This document shows, one piece after another, positions 8,665-16,524 of a stretch of DNA of 20,000 nucleotides. A program made the translations under genes and the position numbers. The stretch's first letter is position 1. The number at the start of each line of letters is the position of its first letter. The notes under the pieces are model-generated. The model made no database searches, was not told the origin of the DNA, and saw nothing but the letters and a program-made list of their open reading frames with translations. The DNA is from an uncultured virus (IMG/VR IMGVR_UViG_2657245486_000004) (Duplodnaviria; Heunggongvirae; Uroviricota; Caudoviricetes), in IMG/VR virus record IMGVR_UViG_2657245486_000004, positions 54,277 to 74,276 of that record. One strand, written 5' to 3'.

Positions 8665-8759
8665 TGAAGTTACTATTACTAAGCTTTCTTTTATGTGGCT
8701 GTACGGCACATACAATCAATAGCAATGTAAACGTATCTATTTGCGTTAAAGCACTTTAA
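8664..8759 (+). CDS. 31-aa lipoprotein closing the lysis cassette (not in the ORF track)
   Basis: MKLLLLSFLLCGCTAHTINSNVNVSICVKAL*; TAATG coupling to the endolysin stop; lipobox LCG|C; stop immediately before the terminator. Confidence 0.7.
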   Translation: MKLLLLSFLLCGCTAHTINSNVNVSICVKAL

Positions 8760-8787
8760 AAAAAGCCCTGAATATTCAGGGCTTTTT
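8760..8787. terminator. Bidirectional intrinsic terminator
   Basis: Perfect 28-bp palindrome AAAAAGCCCTGAATATTCAGGGCTTTTT between convergent genes. Confidence 0.85.
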
Positions 8788-8789
8788 AA

Positions 8790-9206
8790 TTAATTATTTA
8801 TTTCTGCATCGTAGACAGTTTGTAAAGAGGCTTTTAGAGCTTCATCATTTGTACTATCAATGAATTTCCTCATTTTCTCTTTGTATTCAAGGTGCCCAGC
8901 TTTATACTTTACAAGTAAGTATGAAAATTCAGCTTGCTTATAATTTGGGTCCTTCTTATTTTCTGGTTTGTTCAGCTCTACTTTTAGAACCTCTGCCACA
9001 TAGTCATAGCACCTATTAATCGAAGTGGCTTCTTTCCCTTGTAGTGAAAGTAACTGACATCTAAATGTAAGTCGTGCTGTGTCATTTGGTTTCTGTGCAA
9101 GCTGCTTATCATTTAAAGCATGCGCTTTATCATAGTCATTCAAAATCATATATATATTCATTTGAAGAAGCTCACGTTTTCGCTTATCCGTGATTTTATC
9201 GACCTC
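8790..9206 (-). pseudogene. 5'-truncated helical (TPR-like) protein gene
   Basis: The frame stays open upstream of ATG 9161 (EVDKITDKRKRELLQ-M) up to the IS-derived sequence at about 9207; TPR-like YDKAHALNDKQLAQKPND. Confidence 0.55.
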
Positions 9207-9462
9207 CGTCTAGGAAGAGCCCTTTGGAAAAAGTGGTCTGGTTATCATCGGCGAAGTTTGGTCGAAACCAAGATGCATTGCATCAAATTATTAGGCGATA
9301 AACTCTACTCAAGGAATTTTGACAGCCAAGTGAATGAGATCCATGCACGTGTAGCCGTATTAAATAAATTTACAGAATTAGGCAGACCTCATACCCAAGT
9401 TGTAACCTAAATTTTAGCAACTTATGAAAACTTTACCTTCAAAGGCTTTATGCAACAAAGCC
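9207..9462 (+). mobile_element. IS5-family (IS903 group) remnant: transposase C-terminus plus right inverted repeat
   Basis: RLGRALWKKWSGYHRRSLVETKMHCIKLLG...GRPHTQVVT* (stop 9410); terminal IR TTTATGCAACAAAGCC at 9447-9462 (= GGCTTTGTTGCATAAA); no left end seen. Confidence 0.9.
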
Positions 9463-9485
9463 TATATTTGGGTAAAAGTAATAAA

Positions 9486-9509
9486 AAAAATCCTCAATTG
9501 AGGATTTTT
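9486..9509 (-). terminator. Intrinsic terminator of the 232-aa gene
   Basis: Palindrome AAAAATCCTCAATTGAGGATTTTT with an A8 tract on the left. Confidence 0.75.
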
Positions 9510-9532
9510 AAAGCTTAGTATTTATAAAAATA

Positions 9533-10231
9533 CTATTTTACTTTTAAATTAATATATTGAGACATTTCAGAAGTTACTATATCAAGTATTTCTTTATTAA
9601 ATAGTTTTTCGGAATTCTTTAGATGATTTGTCATTGCATTTAATTCAAAAGCTGATTTTGATTGTGATAGGTCTCTTAGCATTCCTCCAATACATCCTCT
9701 GTAATGTCGGATTCGATCTAAATCTAGATTAAGATCGGAGTCGAAGGTCTTTTCATAAATCTTTAAATCGATCAGAAATTGTTTATAGAGCTCTTCGCAT
9801 TCATTGCGAAATATACTTCTTCTTTCTTCACATTCGTTAGGTATTTTTTCTGCCTGATCGATTAAATTTTTACTAATCTCTGGGAAGTTTTTTGAGTTCC
9901 ATAAATGTTTTTGTGTCATTACATACTTATGATAATAATCAAGATAACTTACAAGTTTATATAAAGATGTTTGTGTATTTCTAGCAAGTTCAGATCTATT
10001 TAAGCCTGTTTGAGAATCTCTCCAATCATTAAATAAACTAGCTGCAATTATTGCTGCCCCAATAGTAGCTAAAGCTGAAAGTATGCTTACCATTAGGGAC
10101 CAAGCTTCTTTTAATGGGTTATCAATTTGATTGTAGGAATATAACCAAAGAGTGAAAAAGAAAAATATGATACAAATGGAAGTAATCCAACCAATAGTAT
10201 CTATTAATAAAACTTTAATTTTTTGATTCAT
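9533..10231 (-). CDS. Hypothetical membrane protein (2 N-terminal TM plus helical domain), moron
   Basis: 232 aa; hydrophobic segments near residues 8-31 and 43-66 followed by FNDWRD; own terminator. Confidence 0.7.
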   Translation of the reverse strand: MNQKIKVLLIDTIGWITSICIIFFFFTLWLYSYNQIDNPLKEAWSLMVSILSALATIGAAIIAASLFNDWRDSQTGLNRSELARNTQTSLYKLVSYLDYYHKYVMTQKHLWNSKNFPEISKNLIDQAEKIPNECEERRSIFRNECEELYKQFLIDLKIYEKTFDSDLNLDLDRIRHYRGCIGGMLRDLSQSKSAFELNAMTNHLKNSEKLFNKEILDIVTSEMSQYINLKVK

Positions 10232-10328
10232 AACTTTGAGTATTTCTGAGGTTAGCTTATTTTAGATAATCATAAATATTAATCTAGTCGAATAAATGGA
10301 AATTTCATTTAAGTTTTTGATAGAAAAA

Positions 10329-10387
10329 TGAGCAAAAAATTGCTCAAAATTGATAAAATCCTTCGAAAGTGAGCAAAAAATTGCTCA
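10329..10387. promoter_or_regulatory. Two identical 18-bp palindromic sites (putative operators)
   Basis: TGAGCAA-AAAA-TTGCTCA at 10329-10346 and 10370-10387. Confidence 0.6.
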
Positions 10388-11683
10388 TTTAGTTATTAAA
10401 GGTAGTTCATCCCATTTAAATGGATTCTTAGTTAATTTGTCTCGTGACATTGACCAGTTGCGACCTGGTACATAACACGAACTTATACCGAGTTTTTTCT
10501 TTCCGAATTTTGTGTGTACGTTCTCTAGTGTTTTCATCAATTGTTCTTTCTTTTCTATAGCTTCGAAATCTGTGAGCAGGTCATAAGTGTGACCTGTTTT
10601 GGGTTCTAGCCCAGTTAGTATCACACCGCACTTCTTATACTTAATACCTTCTTTAAAAATGTGAGATAGCATTTTTGTTGCAGCTTTTACGAAATCTAAC
10701 GCACAATCTGTTGGTTGTGAAAATGAGCCGGTTATTGACTTGTTATAAAACGGTACATTTTCATCAAAAGGACTTGATTGAACAAAAACAATAAGACAGC
10801 CGCATAATGATTCATCATCTCTCAATCTCTTACATGCTTCTTGTGCATGCATGGCTATTGCTTCTTGTAGGTCAATAAGTTCGGTAACTTTCGCACCAAA
10901 AGAACATGACTTAATAATTTGCTTTTTAGATGGCGGAGTGTCTTCAATTTCTAGGCAAGAGATGCCTTGTAGCTCGTTAATAGTACGAGCCATAACAATA
11001 GAAAAGCGTTTTTGCATTTCACGTGGTTCAGCACAAGCTAGATCAAGCACTGTATTAATTCCCATGCTTTGCAACTTTTTTGCATGTTTACGGCCGACCC
11101 CCCAGACTTCACTCACATCTATTTGAGCAAAGTAATATTCTTTATTGCACGGATCCATGTTTACGAGATCGCAAACGCCGTTAAAGCCTTGATTTTTCTT
11201 AGCTATATGATTGGATATCTTTGCCTCCGTCTTGCTGCGACCAATACCTACGCACACGGGCAAACCAATCCATTTCCATATTTTTAGGCGCATATCCTGA
11301 GCGACCTTTTCTAGGTCAAAATTTTTTTCATAAGCTGAAAAATCAACAAAACACTCATCTATTGAATATTTCTCAACTTCTTCATCAGTTACATACGATG
11401 CAAGAATCTTATGAAATCTGCGCGACATTTCAGCGTAAAGTTCATAATTGCTAGAGAGAACAATAACATTGTGTTTTTTTACTATGTCTCTGATCTGGAA
11501 TAATGGCACCCCCATTTTTATATTTAAATTTTTTGCTTCATTGCTGCGCGCAACGGCACATCCATCGTTATTTGACAAAACGATGACTGGTTTATTGTTT
11601 AAACTTGGATTAAAGACTCGTTCACATGAGACGTACATGTTATTTACATCTATGAGAAAAAAGACTTTATCTTCATGTCTCAT
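10385..11683 (-). CDS. umuC: Y-family DNA polymerase V subunit UmuC
   Basis: [32 protein letters not shown] and C-terminal W-x-M-x-R; start moved to ATG 11683 (ATGA overlap with the umuD stop). Confidence 0.95.
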   Translation of the reverse strand: MRHEDKVFFLIDVNNMYVSCERVFNPSLNNKPVIVLSNNDGCAVARSNEAKNLNIKMGVPLFQIRDIVKKHNVIVLSSNYELYAEMSRRFHKILASYVTDEEVEKYSIDECFVDFSAYEKNFDLEKVAQDMRLKIWKWIGLPVCVGIGRSKTEAKISNHIAKKNQGFNGVCDLVNMDPCNKEYYFAQIDVSEVWGVGRKHAKKLQSMGINTVLDLACAEPREMQKRFSIVMARTINELQGISCLEIEDTPPSKKQIIKSCSFGAKVTELIDLQEAIAMHAQEACKRLRDDESLCGCLIVFVQSSPFDENVPFYNKSITGSFSQPTDCALDFVKAATKMLSHIFKEGIKYKKCGVILTGLEPKTGHTYDLLTDFEAIEKKEQLMKTLENVHTKFGKKKLGISSCYVPGRNWSMSRDKLTKNPFKWDELPLITK

Positions 11684-12180
11684 GATTTTTTTCTTGTATT
11701 TTTTAGAATATAAGTAACTACACCCCAAATTATTAGTTCTTGCCCGTCATGAAGATGAATATCATCATAATCTGGGTTTTCAGCTTTTAACCAACGCTCA
11801 TTTTCATCAATCATTAAGCGTTTAACAGTAAAATCATTATCTATAAGTGCAACAACAATATCGTTGTGTTTAGCATCAAGACTACGATCAACAATCAACT
11901 CATCATCAATATCAATGCCAGCGTTAAGCATCGAAAGTGATGCCACTCTAACAATAAATGTTGCTTCTTCATTTTTAATTAGGTGCTCATTCATGTCGAG
12001 AGTTCGATCAACATAATCTTGAGCAGGAGAGGGAAAACCAGCTGAAACTTTTTCTATAGCTAAAGGTATTGAAAAAAAAGTAGTAGGTGAAACTAATTTT
12101 ATGGATTCAACCTCACTCAATACCTTGCCAGCATTGAGATGTGGTTTAATTTCGATAATGGAATTGGGGATAATGCTCAT
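11680..12180 (-). CDS. umuD: UmuD (S24 autopeptidase)
   Basis: VSA|GFPSPA cleavage site, SLSM catalytic Ser, TVKRL catalytic Lys; SD AGGAG. Confidence 0.95.
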   Translation of the reverse strand: MSIIPNSIIEIKPHLNAGKVLSEVESIKLVSPTTFFSIPLAIEKVSAGFPSPAQDYVDRTLDMNEHLIKNEEATFIVRVASLSMLNAGIDIDDELIVDRSLDAKHNDIVVALIDNDFTVKRLMIDENERWLKAENPDYDDIHLHDGQELIIWGVVTYILKNTRKKS

Positions 12181-12188
12181 AGTTACTC

Positions 12189-12241
12189 CTTGATTTCGTT
12201 ACATAATCAAGATGATATGCTAGAGCTTGGTTTAAATTCAA
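12189..12241 (-). promoter_or_regulatory. umuDC promoter with a UmuDAb-type SOS operator
   Basis: CTTGAT-N11-ATCAAG at 12189-12211 contains TTGA-N4-GTTAC-N4-TCAA; candidate -10 TATCAT (12212-12217) and -35 TTGAAT (12236-12241), 18-bp spacer. Confidence 0.7.
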
Positions 12242-12321
12242 ATTAAAAAAATTGTGCATAAATAATGACTAGTCATTACTTGTCGCGTTAGTTAGTGCAT
12301 TTGGTCGGAAATTCAACGGTG

Positions 12322-12957
12322 CTAATTTGCACTTTTTTTTGGTTTTGGGAAGTAGTCTGCAGTAAATTCACCTAAGGGCATTTCAAAGAAAAATTGATCT
12401 GCATCTTCTTTTTTGCAATTCAGCCAATCTTCTCGATACTCGTCAGGAATAACGATAATAGACCGCTTTTCATCTTCTGGCTTATGAAACTGTGACATAA
12501 AAGGGTGATTATCTGCATTAATAGTTAGCATTGACATTGATCTTACTTGCTGCCCATCAATCACAGTCGAATCATAAATAGCAGCTACTGTAAAAGGTAA
12601 GCCATCCTCTCGATAAATTCCCCATCTTTCCGCTTTACCATTCACATATCTCGGTTCATAGATCTTTTCGACTGGAATTAGTGCAAACTTACTTTTAGCC
12701 CACGCATGTCGAAAGCTAGGCTTTTTATCTACCGTCTCAGTGCGGGCATTGTATGTGTACTTTGAAAATTTTAAATCATGGTTCCAAGGTGGGATCATGC
12801 CGAACTTTACTTGCCGCCATTCAATGTGGCCATCATTCGAAAATATAAGAGGGCAGTCGTAACCCGGATAAACATCATTCTTATAGTCGAAGGTAGGTTC
12901 TAAGAGATCCAATAGATGTACCCGGTCTTTTGAAATTGGCTCATAATTAGCGCACAT
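12322..12957 (-). CDS. SOS-response-associated peptidase (SRAP/YedK/HMCES family)
   Basis: N-terminal Cys2 (MCANY), YNARTET, IYEP, SMLTINAD and FHKPEDEKRS; adjacent to umuDC. Confidence 0.9.
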   Translation of the reverse strand: MCANYEPISKDRVHLLDLLEPTFDYKNDVYPGYDCPLIFSNDGHIEWRQVKFGMIPPWNHDLKFSKYTYNARTETVDKKPSFRHAWAKSKFALIPVEKIYEPRYVNGKAERWGIYREDGLPFTVAAIYDSTVIDGQQVRSMSMLTINADNHPFMSQFHKPEDEKRSIIVIPDEYREDWLNCKKEDADQFFFEMPLGEFTADYFPKPKKSAN

Positions 12958-13105
12958 GATTATTTCCTTATTATTTAGTTTTAGAATGACAATTTTAGAG
13001 AAAAGGTTTTATATAATTATGTATCGAGTTTTCAATAGAAAATTACACTGAATATTTTTTGAATAAGATATTAATATAATTTGCCTTTTGGGAAGAAATG
13101 TTAAA

Positions 13106-13771
13106 ATGAATTTATTGGAAGTTATAGCTAAAAATTGTGGATTGGCAGTGGTGGACTCCGTAACTTTAGGGCTAGGTTCAGCTGTAAAGAATTCCTTTTA
13201 TGAAATTAAAGATCATGTAAGTCAATGTAATGATGCACTGTATCTAATGCAAATTAAAACATTTATTGAGACAATCGATTTAGATGAAGGGGAAGTGAAA
13301 GATTTTTTTAGCAAAAATCCAGATAACAATCGACTAGGAATTGAATTATTTAAAATTTTAGAAAGTACATACATAGAAAAGCAAGCAAATTTGTTAGCCA
13401 TTAACTTTCAAAACTATTTACAGGGTAAGTATGATAAAAGCCAATTTAATAAGTATATAAATTTAATAAAAAAAATTGATGCACATATTTTTGAAGTAAT
13501 TAATAATGACTTGCAGTATCCTGAAAGGCTCCGCGGACAATCCATACCTTGTGAAGGATTGCCAAAAGATGCCACTGATTACAACAAATATTGGGAATTT
13601 GAAAATCTTTTAGTTAGTGACTTCAAAGATTTAGAAGTTGTAGGATTAATTGAGGAAGAAATAGAGGAAACTTCGGTTACATACAGCTCAGTTGTAAGCC
13701 CTAAAATTAAGAGAAAGAGAACGCGTTTCTATCATAATTTTTATATTGACCTTTATAGTAAGCTAAAATAA
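13106..13771 (+). CDS. Hypothetical cargo protein (about 221 aa) next to attR
   Basis: Long AT-rich ORF; ATG 13106 preferred over TTG 13088; no motif recognised. Confidence 0.65.
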   Translation: MNLLEVIAKNCGLAVVDSVTLGLGSAVKNSFYEIKDHVSQCNDALYLMQIKTFIETIDLDEGEVKDFFSKNPDNNRLGIELFKILESTYIEKQANLLAINFQNYLQGKYDKSQFNKYINLIKKIDAHIFEVINNDLQYPERLRGQSIPCEGLPKDATDYNKYWEFENLLVSDFKDLEVVGLIEEEIEETSVTYSSVVSPKIKRKRTRFYHNFYIDLYSKLK

Positions 13772-13922
13772 AAGTGGGAAGAGCCTAGAATTTTTCAAAA
13801 TGAGTTCAACTCCTATAGTCGGACTTGAACAAAAAAGAAACTGTTGTTAATCATACTTAATCAAAATTAAATGTTATACATGAGTTATACCAGCATGTTA
13901 TATGCCGAAAAAGCAATTATAA

Positions 13923-13935
13923 AATCAATTATTTA
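13923..13935 (+). promoter_or_regulatory. IHF consensus site next to the att core
   Basis: AATCAATTATTTA matches WATCAANNNNTTR exactly, 8 bp before the core. Confidence 0.6.
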
Positions 13936-13943
13936 GGATTTTT

Positions 13944-13967
13944 GTTCAACTCCCGCCATCTCCACCA
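13944..13967 (+). other. attR: duplicated 3' end of tmRNA (ssrA)
   Basis: GTTCAACTCCCGCCATCTCCACCA comprises T-loop, T-stem 3' strand, acceptor strand (consistent with G3-U70) and ACCA; most of the T-stem 5' strand (GCGG) is absent, so it is a fragment. Confidence 0.85.
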
Positions 13968-13985
13968 AAATACTTTAAATAAATC

Positions 13986-14011
13986 AGCCACTTAATGTAA
14001 GTGGCTTTTTT
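13986..14011 (+). terminator. Intrinsic terminator downstream of the tmRNA 3' fragment
   Basis: AGCCACTTA-atg-TAAGTGGCT followed by a T-tract. Confidence 0.85.
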
Positions 14012-14294
14012 ATTGACAGGTTTTTGACAACTTCTAGTTTGCTTTAATTTTTACTTTCTAGTCTGATCTTTCATTTATTAAAAAAAGTATTATGGGGTTT
14101 TATTGATCAATAATGATTCGAGTTTTATCTTCTGGTTTCATACTTTTGTTATTCTAACCTCATCTAAATATATGGTATGAAAATAATTTTCTGTTTTGAA
14201 TATTCTTATAAATAAAGTAGTTGTTGTCTGAAAAGATGATGAGTTAAATTGGGGGGGAAATCTAGAGCTTTAATTTTTTAATGAGTAAATTCCT

Positions 14295-14408
14295 TTAGAG
14301 ATTTTGGATGAGTTCAATTGCCATTACCATGCCACAAGCTGTAAGAAATACAGATGATAGAGCTATTGTTAAAATCGGCCTTTTTCCTTTTCTAAAATAC
14401 GACAACAC
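14295..14408 (-). pseudogene. Degenerate lipoprotein gene remnant
   Basis: GTG-started 37-codon frame (V)LSYFRKGKRPILTIALSSVFLTA|CG... with a basic n-region, hydrophobic h-region and lipobox, then an early stop. Confidence 0.4.
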
Positions 14409-14421
14409 ATATTGATATTAA

Positions 14422-16524
14422 ATGAACTATTGGCACATACAACTACACCCAGACTCAAGATTAGACGTTGATACGCTAAAAGCTATACTTATGAAAAAAC
14501 AAGTTATAGGTATGGGTGAATATTGGGAAGACAAAAAAGGAAATTCAGTAATTGATCCTAAGCTTTTCAAAAATGATATGAAAATTGACGATGTTGTGAT
14601 GGTTCGTGATGGAAGTACGCCAGTAGCATTAGTAAAAGTAAAGGGTGATGCTTATATAGAACACAATACAGACGATGAATTTGATTGGTTCAAACTTAGA
14701 AGACAAATTGAAATTCTTGGTTTTTACGAAGAAGATGAGAAAAATCTTCTTTATCAGATTTTAACAGCTTATGGTAAAAGTCATATACAAGCGCCAGGCA
14801 CTTTAACCTGTTGTAACGGGTCTAATGCTACAAATAATTTTATTGTAAAGTGGTATAAGTTAAGGACTTATAAGAGACTAATGGAAAATATAAAACTGTC
14901 AGAAGAGCGACAAACTCACATCAAAGTACTTTGGAACAAATTTAAAAATGAAACAAAAGAGGAAGAAAAAAAATTTAATAAGGACGAAGTTGAGAAATTA
15001 ATTTCTGAATGGAAATTATATAAGCATAAAATTTTAAATGACACATTGAGTTTGGATGACTACACAAACATTTTAGGAAGTTCCACAGCAATAATGCCCG
15101 GCGGATATTTATGTAACTTTTTAGAACGAACCACGAGAATTGTTTTAGGTTCTTCAAAGCCTGGTACAGCATTCAATTTTGAAGTGAAATTGAATGATGA
15201 CAATTCTACTTATCATATCAAAAGTGTAAACAAGTCAAATGCTACTCGACAAGACGCGGAACTTTATTTTAATGAAAAAATAAAAGGTTTACTGAAAAGT
15301 ATTGTCTCAAAAACTGATCCGTTAGAAAAAATATATTTGATTGAAAATTCAAATTACAGTGCCAAGCAAGTTTTAATGAAACTAGCTGTATTGGATAATT
15401 TATCGGACTTTCTCTATATCTACTCTACACAATGGGTAGAAGAACTATATAACGAGTTTATTGATAGTGATGCTGAAGAAATCTTTAGAAAAAACCATCA
15501 AGTTTGTCTTGTAGCAAAGAAACTTTTAGACGTAAATGAACAAGACAAAAACGAACTTGTTTTGCTTTCACGTTTCTTATGGCGTTTTGTAAATTCCAAA
15601 TCGATTGCAGACACAAACAATCCTAATGTTATTCTTTATGGGCCGCCAGGAACAGGTAAAACATTTTCTGTAAAAAGTAGTTTAGATTTTGTTTGTCAAG
15701 GTGATACTTCAAGATATGAGGTTTTACAATTCCATCCATCATTTACTTACGAAGATTTTATTGAAGGTATTAAACCAAAAGGCGTTTCAAAAGATGGAAA
15801 TATTCGCTTTGAGTTAGTAAATGGTATTTTTAAAAACTTTTGTATCAAAGCGAAAAAACACCCTGAAAAGGATTTTTATTTCGTCGTGGACGAAATAAAC
15901 CGAGCAAATCTTTCAATGGTTTTTGGCGAAACTTTATCGCTATTGGAAAAAGATTACCGACAAGATACTGAAAATAAAAACCTGATTCGAACACAATATT
16001 CTGCGCTAATTGAAGATTTGATCAAAGAGGACAATAAATTTAAAGATTTAGCTTATGAAATTCACAACAATGAAGTGAAGTTCGGAGTTCCTAAGAATGT
16101 ATTTTTTATTGGAATGATGAATGATGTGGATAAAAGTATTGATGCTTTTGATTTAGCACTCCGTAGACGTTTTAAATGGATAAGAAAAGATTGTGATTAC
16201 GAAGTAATTGAAGAGGAGACACGTTTCAAAGGAAAAGATCAGTTCAATAATATTGGACTGTATGTCAAAGCCTGCGAAAAATTGAATGACTATATTTCTA
16301 AAGACTTAGGTTTGGGAAAATCATATGAATTTGGTCATTCATTTTTTATGAAGATTAGCGATATTGCTAAGCGTAAAGATATTACAAATAACAATATTGA
16401 AATTTTATTTAACTTGTATTTGCGACCAACATTGAAAGAATATCTAAGAGCCGTATTTGTGGAAAGCGAATTGGAAAGTAGGTTAGATGAAGCGTTGAAT
16501 AAGTTCAAAGAAACAATAAAATGA
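14422..16524 (+). CDS. mcrB: McrB-family AAA+ GTPase of a type IV restriction system, with an EVE/PUA-like N-terminal domain
   Basis: GPPGTGKT, QFHPSFTYEDFIEG, DEINRAN, MNDVD (NxxD signature), ALRRRF and GHSFF. Confidence 0.92.
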   Translation: MNYWHIQLHPDSRLDVDTLKAILMKKQVIGMGEYWEDKKGNSVIDPKLFKNDMKIDDVVMVRDGSTPVALVKVKGDAYIEHNTDDEFDWFKLRRQIEILGFYEEDEKNLLYQILTAYGKSHIQAPGTLTCCNGSNATNNFIVKWYKLRTYKRLMENIKLSEERQTHIKVLWNKFKNETKEEEKKFNKDEVEKLISEWKLYKHKILNDTLSLDDYTNILGSSTAIMPGGYLCNFLERTTRIVLGSSKPGTAFNFEVKLNDDNSTYHIKSVNKSNATRQDAELYFNEKIKGLLKSIVSKTDPLEKIYLIENSNYSAKQVLMKLAVLDNLSDFLYIYSTQWVEELYNEFIDSDAEEIFRKNHQVCLVAKKLLDVNEQDKNELVLLSRFLWRFVNSKSIADTNNPNVILYGPPGTGKTFSVKSSLDFVCQGDTSRYEVLQFHPSFTYEDFIEGIKPKGVSKDGNIRFELVNGIFKNFCIKAKKHPEKDFYFVVDEINRANLSMVFGETLSLLEKDYRQDTENKNLIRTQYSALIEDLIKEDNKFKDLAYEIHNNEVKFGVPKNVFFIGMMNDVDKSIDAFDLALRRRFKWIRKDCDYEVIEEETRFKGKDQFNNIGLYVKACEKLNDYISKDLGLGKSYEFGHSFFMKISDIAKRKDITNNNIEILFNLYLRPTLKEYLRAVFVESELESRLDEALNKFKETIK

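Larger units (their letters stand above)
1..13967. mobile_element. Right part of a prophage/phage-like element integrated at tmRNA (P1-like antirestriction genes, lysis cassette, umuDC cargo); left end outside the window
   Basis: Holin-endolysin cassette, DarB-like helicase-MTase, SRAP-umuDC, and an isolated tmRNA 3' fragment at 13944-13967 marking the boundary. Confidence 0.8.

Noticed and set aside
9120..9410. 96-aa ORF as a real transposase gene
   Set aside because: Chimera of antisense sequence and a transposase C-terminal fragment; most of the DDE domain is missing
10329..10387. Mini-CRISPR array or P1 C1 operator
   Set aside because: Only two 18-bp units with a 23-bp gap and no cas genes; similarity to the asymmetric C1 operator is limited to ATTGCTC
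10851..11717. Four plus-strand ORFs inside umuC
   Set aside because: Antisense shadows of a well-supported gene
13944..13967. Intact tRNA or tmRNA gene
   Set aside because: Only the last 24 nt are present; upstream sequence cannot form the T-stem or acceptor stem
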